From Bigelowiella natans CCMP2755 (lineage: Eukaryota; Protista; Cercozoa): DNA of 64,000 nt. The position numbers and the translations under genes are program-made. The DNA is taken from positions 1 to 64,000 of the forward strand of contig ADNK01000966.1 in NCBI GenBank assembly GCA_000320545.1, in the 5' to 3' direction. Below the pieces are notes generated by a model. It worked only from the letters and a program-made list of their open reading frames with translations, was not told where the DNA came from and searched no databases. Positions 11,892-27,128 of this stretch are shown piece by piece (the first letter of the stretch is position 1; every line of letters starts with the position of its first letter).

Positions 11892-12441
11892 AAATGGGAG
11901 AAGTAAATGTGTCTTGCGCCGCCAACGTTATGCCATCAATCAGAGTCAGGCGCAGCTAGTAGTCTACAGTCCTGATGGACACGCTCATCCGCTCTTTCTA
12001 GTATATGCGCAATGAACACTGAGCGATGCGAGACTGTGCCGGCATTTTTCTAAAGAAATGCCCCAGCTGTATTAATAAGACTGACTGGCTAAATGCAATC
12101 ATCATATTGAAAGCGCTGCCACCATCCTGGTGCCGTGCATGTCTTACATGTACGCGTATGACTGCGACATGGCAAACACGCTGTAGCTTAGCATAGCTAT
12201 ATTGTGTGAGTGCGTGGTGATCGCCATCCTTTCGTATCATGCTGTCGATCGAACCGACAACGCATGAACTAGAGCTTTACACGAGCCTTTCAAATGCGAT
12301 AGCATAGCAAACACGTTCCATGTAAATACGCGCGTATCATTAGGCTACATCAGCGGGAAGCAGCACATGCCAGATGCATGCCGCAAACAAGTCCTAGCAA
12401 TCGTTAGCTTAGTACTTATAGTCTAAGTTCGGTGCCCACCG

Positions 12442-12867
12442 CTAGACGGTGATATTCAGCATGGCAGCTTCTTTCTTCTTTTCATGCTCCTCTCGGATCA
12501 GGGCGATTTTTTCCTTTCTCCGCTTCCTTTCCAGAATGAAACGTAAATTTTCTTCCTCGTCCACATATACTTTCTCGATGTTCATATGGCATATTTCCGA
12601 TGCCATGTACTTGCCAACGCGAATGCCTTCGCGGATATCTGAAAATGATAGTACAATGATTTCATTACCTTGTACTCGTTACTAAATACACACACACATA
12701 CACACACACGCACGTACACACCCAAACACGCCCACACAGAAATGCACGCTTTATAATTTCATATCATCTTACTGACTCATGTCGGAATTTCGCATCACTT
12801 TGCGTATGTTGTCAGCTTTCTGCCAATACCTGTCCATCATGGAATTGTCATGGTGTGTTGTTGACTC

Positions 12868-12900
<33 letters not shown>

Positions 12901-12948
12901 TGTGCGTACGTGCGTGCATGTGTGCATGTGTGCATGTGTGCATGTGTG

Positions 12949-12981
<33 letters not shown>

Positions 12982-13028
12982 ATGTGTGCATGTGTGCATG
13001 TGTGCATGTGTGCATGTGTGCATGTGTG

Positions 13029-13064
<36 letters not shown>

Positions 13065-13447
13065 AGTGGTTTTGTATGCATGTCCATCGTCGCCGAATAA
13101 GAGGAGTCTTGAATGCAATTACAACGAACATATCTGCATTGAAACCATACTCGAATGAAGGCCCTTGCCACGTCCAGAGGTAGTACTCAATATTCAACGC
13201 AAACTCCCACATCTAACGTGCAGGAGGAAGGGACATGAAGGAGCGATCAAAATGGTGAGCCAAAGGTGTCATGAATGAAAGTCTCGTGAACGGAAGAAAC
13301 AGAGCGAAATGCAACTGATGCTTCTTTTGTTGGAGCGACCAATTGTGGAAAGCCGTTCTCTCAAGAATTGTGCGGGGTTGTTGTGGTTTGCAGTGTGTGT
13401 ACGTGTGTACGTGTGTGTGTACACACATAAATACACACACACACACT

Positions 13448-13500
<53 letters not shown>

Positions 13501-15162
13501 CGTGTTATGTTCACACTGCCTGAGCTATAGGAGGCGGGTCTTTCTCAAACTGAAAACACGTTCTGCAGTAGCCAATATAGCCAATATACACATTCACATG
13601 TGTTATCATCATAAGGCCGCCAAGGCCAAAAACAGAGCAGAAATAAAAAGAAGGCTGCGTGAGATATAGAGGGAGAGGAGGGGGGGGATATATCAGAACG
13701 ACAGACCTTATGGATTCTAAAATGCTATTTGCAGTCTGATTTCGAGTGATGTTGCCTTAAGACAAACAGAGATATTATGTCGTTGCCACGATGTGCCATT
13801 ACCAACATTATTCTTCTTATTTTTGTAGCGATCGGTGATATGATGGGATGCTAGCGTTACCTACACCGTCCACATGGATTATGCAATCGTGAGTATGAGC
13901 AAATCCGTGAGAAGAGGAGGAGGATGGGGAGCGGGATTCTTCTGCTTCTTCGCATTGACTTGCCATCTCGTCAGTCGCAGGATCAGAATCCACAGCCAAG
14001 TCCCCGCTCTAACATATAGAATAGACGATAGAATAAACGAATCACTCACTTTCTTGCCTCGCTTTCCTGCCCCCCCTCTACCGACTAAAATGCTGTTGAA
14101 ATTCGGCATAATTTTGTGTCCTAGGTAAGGAACTGAACACAACTCTCTTAAGAGTTCTATTTCAGATGTCGGCGTGCACACATGTATATACAGAACCTAA
14201 GTACATACGCACACTTGCTTGAGACCAAATCCGACAGCTTTTTCATAATGTATAAAGGCGCTCTTATGAGACTGGGCTAACACGTAAAAACGAAGCCCTT
14301 TGCATCGATCATACCTCAAGATTTGCCGTTTTTATTTTCCATCGCGATAGGCATTTTTGGACGGCGCAAGATACTGTCTTGTTCGGGTGCCCTATATACC
14401 TCCTGCAGATATCAATGACATTTAGCGTAAACTGTGTACACATATATGCTGCCATCCACGAATGGCACTGCATTCCCCATCATCATGTCAACCTGAGCCG
14501 AGAAGCAACGCGGAAGGTCGTTCGGAGGCCTCGAAGGGACGTACGAATTGGCTGAGCACTAAGCTTTTTAATAGCATCCGCAGCGAGATCGGTTTGGTTT
14601 CGCTCAACTTTTGAAAAAACATAGTAGCATGCAACAGGGGTAAAATAAATATACAGATAAGGGAGGGTGGGGGAAATGGCCGGCAAGTGTGCAGCGTGAT
14701 AGATAGGTAGGAGGAGGCATATATAAATTTCGCTGGCAAGATCGACATAATGCTGGAAATTTCGACCTGCTCGTTTCATATCGTAGAAATAAAGATCTAG
14801 CTTCTGGCCCTTTTGCAGAGTAGCCTGAATATGTTGCAGTATATCGATGAACATTACGATCAGTGTCGAAATCGATCTTACGGCCAATCTATAGTTATAG
14901 ATTCCTCAAGACTTCCCGTTACCCCTGCTTTCCTACCGACCTCCTTTTCGGAGAACTTTGGGTCAAAACTGCTGGAAAACTTGACGGGGCCCTTCCTCTT
15001 TCCCAGTAAGCGCTGCCACTCGCGTCTTTTCAAGTGGATGGCCATGCCTACATCTTTCGGTGCCACGCCTCCCTCCCACACTGTTACTCTAATCATCGAA
15101 ATCATGAATATTATCGTCCCCCACCTACATCGCCAGCCGCTGCAGGCATCCCTTACGACCAT
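12442..15162 (-). CDS. Multi-exon gene with a putative TFIIS N-terminal (TND/LW)-like domain
   Basis: Spliced segment AADAIKKLSAQPIRTSLRGLRTTFRVASRLRRYIGHPNKTVSCAVQKCLSRWK resembles the TFIIS-N helical bundle. C-terminal exon DIREGIRVGKY..KKEAAMLNITV-TAG. Middle exons and start uncertain. Confidence 0.5.
12869..13062. repeat. Compound satellite (TAA)n + [(TGTGCATG)n (TG)n] x2 in an intron
   Basis: Read directly: an 8-bp unit repeated several times followed by a TG tract, the whole block duplicated. Confidence 0.9.
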
Positions 15163-15552
15163 TCGGACGGCGTGCCGATTGCCCGCAGCGGAGGAGAAGC
15201 GTTAAGAGCGATTTGAATAAATATGGCAGCGGCAAAAAAAACATGCGATTTCTTTCTGAATATAACGAAATATCCAAGTCGCAGAATGAAAACTCTCCTT
15301 GTCCGAATCGCCATTGCATCCTTGGTAAAAACCGGTATTCGAGATTGTGAGAGATTCCCCCTTCCCTCTCGGAACAAACAACGACAACGACACGAAACAG
15401 CATTGGAAACGGTCAGCCTCTGGAGGAGGGAAGACGACCGAAGAATGGCATCCAGGGCGTACGTGTGCCTTTTTTCCGATCACTGACCTTTACTTCTTCA
15501 ACATTCTTTCCCTTGATTATTCGCTGTGCAGTACTAACAGTGGGAACATCGA

Positions 15553-18996
<3,444 letters not shown>

Positions 18997-19603
18997 ACAA
19001 AAAGAATGCAGCTTGAATGGCTTTGAGTTTTTATCTTCCGTTACGGAGTATATGCACAACAGCGAATTTTGAATGACGTCTTTCCACATCAGCTCTACAC
19101 CGAAGCGGGGAGGAAGGAAATACTCCGGTCGAAGATGAAAGTATTACTTCGAGGCCTCTGTTCATCAAAAATGCTTATTGTGATTGCCGGACACCTAGAT
19201 TTTTCCTGTTTTGCACCCGTTCGTAAATTGTTTTTCAGCGTTCCATGGTGCAACTGCCGTGCATGCCAATCTGGATTCATTCAAATTTCATGACAGAACG
19301 ATTTCAAACATGTACGTGGTCAACACCAATGGGACATCAATCTAGCAATGCCAGAATGGGCTTCCGCGTGTGCATGAAGTCATTCTAATTGTGCCGACAT
19401 GCAGCTTGGCCAAGTGTGTGATGGAATTGAAGCGATCACACATCGCAGCACACACATGCAAGTGCGATGCTGAGCAAACTAACTGTGCAGGCCTAGAGGC
19501 ATGCATGCGATGCCAGCGCATGCGCAGTGGCATGTCACGTACTCGATCTGGCGTTTCGTCACACTCGACGTAGAGGGTGAACGACGTGCCGCACCAACAC
19601 GTA

Positions 19604-19820
19604 CACATCTAGACATGCTTGCCACTGCATGTGCAAAAAAGCCATGCGAGTGCACATGACACAAATGTGCACGCATGCACCGCCGCCGCTTCCACCGCCA
19701 CGCATGCGACGCGTGCTTCATCAAGCAGCGCGTGCGTGTGCACGCACGCACAGACATGTCTAGTGTGCTAGGTGTGTGCAACACTTGCTCATTCGGACAG
19801 CTTGCACAAACACAAATTGG

Positions 19821-19873
<53 letters not shown>

Positions 19874-20084
19874 TGAAACCACAAAAAACAAGAACAATTG
19901 AATGGCTGTGAGCAAGCAGCAGCAGTGGAGCTCAACGCACCATTCGTGCATGATGCGAGTGAAGAAATGAATGAATGGAGTGCGTGAGGTCACTGATGCA
20001 GCTGAGATGATCATCGGAAGTGCCATCTCGTTCGCTTCCTCTCCAAAACAAAATGGACCTCCGAGGAAATGTTGAACCTGAGGC
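19604..20084. other. TpA-depleted intergenic island
   Basis: Three TpA in 481 bp, all in CTAG (19609, 19760, 19768). Confidence 0.9.
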
Positions 20085-20515
20085 TACTGCAAGCGCAAAT
20101 GCAGGGATAACCTCCCAACGACAGCAGACGCATCAAAAAAAGGCCATCTCTTTTTTTGTTGTTGTTAATTTTATTTATTCGAGTACGCGAGTTGATGTCA
20201 GGCGGTAGTTTTCGGGAGCAATAAACGTGCATGTTGTTTCGTTAAGCGCAGCCCAGCAATCTGACCACCAGCCAACACCTGCCACAACCAAAAAAAAACA
20301 TCCAAAAGGGAGATCGGGTAGTTTATGAAAATGGATAGTATCCGCTTATATTTTTTTCCAATAATTGAAATGCGTTTTCCTTCTTACGTGATGCGACACG
20401 CGTAGCGGCAGCGTCACCAACCAGAGCGAAGCACAACGCAACGACGCTCGTCATATCTCCCCCCACACATTGAGGAAAAAACTAGCCCATCGCGGCCCCC
20501 CCAGCGGTAGTCGGC

Positions 20516-21802
20516 ATGGATTTCGCGCAACCGGCCTCCCTTGGCCTCATCTGCCTCATGATTCTCATGCAAGCGATCTTCACCGCAAAGGGCGTCCCAG
20601 CTTCCGCTCTGAGCTACAACTACAGAAGTAATAGACTTGAGTGTAGTAGCCCTGCGGATCCCAAACGCTTTTTTCATTCTGCAGAGATGTAACACTGCTT
20701 CGATTGTAGTTTGTCTGTTTGTTGAAACTAATTGTCCTCACGTTTTCACCCGGATGTGGCAAGCTGTTTGGGATCAATGGCAGCCCTGGAGAGGACTCTC
20801 TGCGATGGTTTGCCACATGGATCGCGCTCGGTGGTGGGAAGGAGGATTATACATGCTAGCAAACACCTTAGGCTTGCAATTTTCCAGCTTATTAGAATCC
20901 CAGGTAAAATGAATCATAATCCGTATCATTGAGTTGTAGCTGAATAACTACATGCCCGCCTCCTCCTCTGCCCTCCAGATCGGTTCTTTAAAGTACTTGA
21001 AGGCCCTTTACATGATCGTCATCCTGACTGTCTGGACAGTGATTCTATTCTGTCGCGGAATCATTCGTATCTCCAGAGGGGTTCGCCGTATGGAGCAAAC
21101 TAGACGTTTGATTCGGTCGCCATGGCAAGTTCGGGGTTTATCTTGGTGACTCAATCAAACATCCGTAAACCGCCATGCTCCCTTTCCCAACTCATTCCCA
21201 TTGGTGTTTTCAGCGCTATAATCGGGCTGCTCTCAATGCTTCCACTGGTCCGTCCAATCTATTCGGTTTCGGGGATGCACATGTCCACCTTGACGTTTGC
21301 AGCATTGTACATATCGTTGGTAATCTGGGTGATGCCTCGAGCGAACCTGCTCGTAGATATATTTGCCGCAGGAGTGGGGATGCTCCATGGATTAGGTAGA
21401 TTTGAACACTCGTGCATTAGTGTTGACAAACCGTAATCTCTTTGCGAATGGTGAGGGTGCGAGGAGGGGGGTTGCGAAGAAGAAAGGTGAGAGTAGGCAA
21501 TGCGATCGTAATTATTCACTCGCTGTTGCTTCATCCAGGATACTTTGATTGGTTCTCGGACTATTTATTTTTCTCGTTGGTGGGTTGGACGGCCGTGGCG
21601 TTCATCCTGAGTATAAAGATGCATTCGGGCCTGGACATTCCTTGGATCTTCATCGAGACTGACAACAGATGGACAGACGTGGTTGAGGCCCCAGTTCGCA
21701 CAGAGTTTGTTGACGGGTAGAGAGTAGCAATCTGAATTTCGGACCAAAGTTTAGAAATTGTTACAGACAGTATTCTGGATTCCAAGAGAAAGAGAGAGAG
21801 AT

Positions 21803-21854
<52 letters not shown>

Positions 21855-22167
21855 GTGGAGAGAGAATGAGGGAGCCAGAGTTTATGAGTGTATCTGTTCA
21901 GCCCTCGGTTCTAAAAGATCTCCATCATTCACATCGCATTTTTCTTCTTTTTTTTTTCCCCCCCAAGTCCAACATGATCTTGCTTGAAGGGCGACAAGGA
22001 GTTGGTCCTCAAATCATCACTGTGTTATGTGCTTCTGATTGAATGTTTTTAGGAGAGTTGAGTTCCACCCGTTGCCACCGGAGCAAAATAACAGCAATAG
22101 ACAGGAAGAGAACAATGATTTATTAGCAGAGGATGGAGGGGATGATGAAGGCATTGCATTGCTGTAG
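20516..22167 (+). CDS. Rhomboid-like membrane protein, probably catalytically inactive
   Basis: MDFAQPASLGLICLMILMQ..SYNYRTVWDQWQPWRGLSAMVCHMD..YMLANTLGL..LESQIGSLKYL (WR motif and LE-x-x-x-GS typical of rhomboids), several TM segments, acidic C-tail, stop TAG at 22165-22167. Confidence 0.72.
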
Positions 22168-23117
22168 CAAACCGTTTCACGATTGCGTTGTTATTCTGCA
22201 TGAAGATATTTCGTGTTCCTCAATATAAGTTATCTGTCAAACCATTCGCAGCAGCATGCAGCGACGGGGTACATGGCCATTCAGAAGAGCAAATCCAAAA
22301 GCCTTTTGCAAAGACACATACCTTCTTGATCGGCGGCGGCGCTCTGTATGCAGTCAAGCTAGAAAGCATCCTATTATTAGCGTACTACAGGTATTCGGGG
22401 ATCATATGACAGATGTGCCAGCGCCCAGCGCGCCCAGCATCAGCGTCGACAAACAGCTGGCTACATGGATAGGATCTAAACTAGTTCATTCGAAAACTGA
22501 TACGATGTAGCTAGTTTGGCAAGAATAATGCGCGCGGATAGCCTGTGATTTACTGCAATTAGTGAAGCACATCTGTTGATTCGCAATGGTCGGTGCATCA
22601 TGCTTGCATGCGCCATGCAGGCTCGTGGCTAATGAGCAGGTTGTATGATGAATGCGACAGCAGCATGCGCGAAGAATGGTGCCGCAACGTCGCTCAGCTC
22701 AAGTTGCCCGCCTGTACAACTTGTATACCTTACTACTTGCGCTAAGCACACATGAGCACATGCCCATCTAAGGCACACTTAAGGCTCCACAGTCTAGATG
22801 GTGAGCGTGGTCGCAATGTCATCATCATCATGCACACACCCGTCGTCGTCATGATCGACGCCGGTGCACTGCTGTTCAAGGTCCTTTAGCAGGCGACAGA
22901 TTTTCATGGACTGTGCTGCATGCGGTGCGTGTGAGACGGGTGTAATGAAGTGATCAAATCTGACATCTATGCATAATTATGTGCATATGTTATTGCACCG
23001 ACAACGGCTTGTGAATGTGGATACGCAGATGGCTAAGAAAATGAAGGCATCAACCAGGACACTATTTTGTCTGCATTTCAACTTTATGCTTTCGCGCACG
23101 GAGCAACAAGTCCGCGA

Positions 23118-24527
23118 TCAGGTAACGTCTTGTGAGAGCCACGTTTCGATGGAGGAAAACTGGAGGTTGGCCTTCGGTTCTCCCCGGTTGGTGCTGAACA
23201 TACGCGTGAGGATGTGGTTAGAATTATACGATTGTACACGCGAATGAAGAGCTACCACCGTGAAGACAGCGTTAGTTTTGGCCAGGAAAGTTTCCTGTAG
23301 AGAATGGAGTTTGTAATATCATCTTCTGCCTCGTCGAAACGTGAGATAGCACCGGGGCACGTGCCCATTCTACTACTACATCTACTATTACTACTACAAC
23401 AACAGAAACTACTCTTGCTACTACTATTAACACAATGCCGGTGACAGGAGCACAGCACACCTGAGCAGCTGCTCTGTCCAACATCTCCACATTCTCACTT
23501 TGTCCATCTGAGGGCAATAGAAGAAGATGCAGCATCATAAACACTGTTAGCTTGCTTTCGTCGTGGGAGCGAGCAATGGCATGCTCCCATCTGCTATGCA
23601 TAAGGTAATCTTTGAGGACAAACACACACACGCGGAAGCAGTGATAAAAACAGACGCACGTATGGAAGAGTGTCCTCACACCTAAATCATCCTGAAGATT
23701 CACGGGGTTATTGCTGCTGCTGCTGCTGCTGCTGCTTTCATCACGGGAGAGTTTTTGCTCCTTCCTCCGCCCCAAGATCCCTCGGCAATTCGCCTTTTGG
23801 TCATTATTATTATTATTACTACTACTACTACTACTACTATTATTATTGCATGCCATGAAGAATAGGGTTGCGCTTAGCTCAAAAAAAAAAAAATGTAAGA
23901 AAATTGCGGAATCGTCTCGCTCAAAGATGTAGCAATGAGCGTCAGTATCACTATTTACAACTACTAATACTACTAATGATAAGTTGAATACTACTGGTAG
24001 TACTCGAAGGCGGCTGCATTCCCCAAAATAGGTTTAATGATGCTTGCCTCTCTCCAAGCTGCTGCTGCTGCTACTACTAATACGACTACTTCTACTACTC
24101 TGCTAGTGTAAGCTGCTATTTGACCGATCCGCAATAGCACTTCTGCTCTTTAAGTCCCACACGCTTGAAATCATAGTCAAACGTCACCTCCGAACCTGCC
24201 CGACGCAATGATGGTAGAAGAGACGATTGCTAAGGCGATGATATACGTGCACGGACGTTCTCTTACGATGGCTAAGTAGTAGTAGTAGTAGTCATGCATC
24301 TGACCCAACCTGATGGGATGTGTTTTATAGCGAATATTCCGATCCGCTCGACTCCATCAACCGTCCATTTCTGTGTGGACAGACAGACAGCACACATTGC
24401 ACGGTGATGAGGACTTGACAATCACCACTAGTCAAAGGGTGCTCCAAGCTTTCCTAGAGTAATAGTTGAAGGAGCGATGTGCCGTCGGATCCCTGAGGCG
24501 CGGCCAATTTTGTCGCCTTCGTTGCTC

Positions 24528-24561
<34 letters not shown>

Positions 24562-24833
24562 GGTCATCGTCGTCATCTCTCCAACACTGGGCAAGGAGCA
24601 ATGATCGGTAAAGAGGACGACCTCGGCCTTGGCGTTCGGGTCGCAGCTATGGTTGATGAAGCGCGTCACTCCGCCCTTCTTCGTGGCGTCGATGGTGAGA
24701 TCCTTCTCGATATCTGGAAGATAGTGATGATGATGATGGTGATGATCAACAACAACCAAAACAGCAAACAACACAAATGCAAGCATGTGTGTGTGTGTGT
24801 CCTTTTTTATCACACATTTTCCAAGGGTAAATC

Positions 24834-24870
<37 letters not shown>

Positions 24871-25444
24871 GCAATGCCGATCTCGCAGCGCCGAATGAAG
24901 GCACCCTACCAAGAAGGTAGAAGTTCTCGTTATCTATATAGTCAGATTCAAGCCGTCGCTGCTTCTCGTTGTCATTGATGAGCTGTTTATGTTGCGAGTA
25001 AGTCAGTCAGTCACCGTATTGACCCTATGTGGAAGAGAGCTACAAGCCTCCTCTTCCTCATCAACTTCACCGCGAAGAGAAACAGCATCATCGAGTGCGC
25101 ATATTCAAAAAACCAAGAAGCGGGCAGGATAAAAGCTACGATGAGGATTTCACATTCTTTCACGCACGATAAGTGCATTTGTAGTGACGAACGACACATA
25201 TGCGCATGCTGTACCCTGTTTTCGCGATGAGAATGCTAAAAAAAGAAGGTGAATGCCTACCTCCCCGCAGTACTCCCCGATGAGCTGTCCAGGAACCACG
25301 TCCTCCAAGTTTACGAAACCCCATCTACAAGTATCATCGATCACCCTTGCTGTTGTCTTAGAAGAATGACATAAAATTGCGGTTGCAAAAGCATGCACGC
25401 TTACACACAAAACTGCACATAACACATGTTAAATGGGTGTGTCC

Positions 25445-25490
<46 letters not shown>

Positions 25491-26687
25491 GTAGTATATT
25501 ATACATAATATACACAATATATATATATATAATAACTTGTACGCATGTCTCTATGCTTGCAATCACGCTGTTACATCGAAAGACATAATCGTTCATTTGC
25601 TTCCACTGCTCATCTCACCCCTTTTTCCCCATGTACTCTATACGGTTCTCTATTAGCACGCGGCGCCTCAAACGCTGATTCAGGCACATGCCGCCCAGTG
25701 GACAGCTCTGAAGAACAACATCGAATGAACATATCAACGAGTCAATTCGGAATCCTCGGTGCCTTCATCACAGAGAACGGAATCACGACGATGAACTCGG
25801 ATTGACTCCTTTACAACGGCGCCCACACACACACAAATATACGTGCTACTGTCAGAGGACTCTATGTGAGCGATCTTCGCACAATACCTTATCGCACTCC
25901 ACCTTGATGGCGTAATTCAGACATTCTTCGCTGTCGCAGAAGAGAGCGGCGCTCTGGGGAGAACCGTGAATAGAACACAGGAAAGGGTTGCTACAATTAC
26001 ACCATGACAAGACGCATTGTTGATTTTGCAAGCATAGATGCGACGATTCAAATGTATTTTTGTTTTGGTGGTACGACAGCGTCGCAGTTGCATCTGTAGG
26101 CAGTATTCTTCCTCTTGGCCACAGCATATTGTGTCGATCTAATGAGAAGAGAATAACCATGCGTAAAATTTCCGATTCGATGCAAATCGCGCCATTTTAC
26201 GCGCGCCGCGCGAAACCTGCATTCAGTCAGGCGCTGGAACTTTGGAGGTTTTTGAAAGATAGCTTGCAGGCTGTTGAAGACGTGGCCATCTGCGGTGGGA
26301 GAAGGGGAGCATCGTTGTGACGAAATGAAGTCATAGTGGCTAATACAAGAATGTGAGTTCTCCTTCATCATCATTTTTATTCTCGTCGCTATTCTATGCC
26401 AGATAGAAGGCGTATGACCTCGGCTTCGGAAGGAAAATTTCGGAGAAGGTCTCTCGGTTGATGATGACGAGGCTTTGGTTTTCGTCTGCAGTTTGAATTC
26501 CCAGCCGTCGGGCACTCCTTCTTGTGCCTAGCATAGTTGTTGTTGTTGTTTCTTTCAGGTCGCTCAAAGTGGTGCAACAACCGATTCAACCAATCTCTTG
26601 TGTTAATACGCAAGCCACGCACCCATTTGACCCATCTTCCTCTCGGTGCACCCCCTACGAGTTGCAAAACCAAACCCAAGCACAGAT

Positions 26688-26742
<55 letters not shown>

Positions 26743-26871
26743 AGGAAGGGGGGGGCGGGTGAGGAGGTAGTTTGAATTGATCGAAGCCTCACCCGCTTCG
26801 ACATGAGTAATCCTTCTGGCCCAGTGGTCCTTCAATGGAGCTGTGAAGGCCTTTCGCTTCCGCCGCGTCAT
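23118..26871 (-). CDS. AWS-SET-postSET histone lysine methyltransferase (NSD/ASH1/SETD2-like) with N-terminal MBD-like segment
   Basis: CDSEECLNYAIKVEC..CPLGGMCLNQRL (AWS); GWGFVNLEDVVPGQLIGEYCGE; IDATKKGGVTRFINHSCDPN; KWTVDGVERIGIFA; EVTFDYDF..KCYCGSV..CRGILG (post-SET). Start MTRRKRK at 26871. 3' end uncertain (23118-23321). Confidence 0.85.
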
Positions 26872-27128
26872 GGCAATGGCTGTTCTCCCGTCGAACGCCT
26901 TGTCGTTCCGAGCGAGGCTAAAAAAGACTGCGACAAAGAAATCCATTGTGTTTATATGGTGCGACATGCACTTGTGATTGTTTTAGGCAAAATTGACACG
27001 CGTTGAACACTGTTAGCCGGAAAAAGAATGTCGGCCGTCAAGTGAGGGGTCCTGACACATAGGAGCATCAATCAATATCAGCAGTGGGGGCAGCACCTAT
27101 CCGCAGCCAACGGGGCAAAAATCAAAAC

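Noticed and set aside
12769-13171. HTHAHM/CVCV-repeat ORFs and other poly-amino-acid ORFs across the window
   Set aside because: Translations of intronic microsatellites.
19603-19617. 15-mer ACACATCTAGACATG shared with 62322-62336 as a repeat terminus
   Set aside because: Low-complexity R/Y-alternating word around CTAG whose flanks do not align. Probably convergent.
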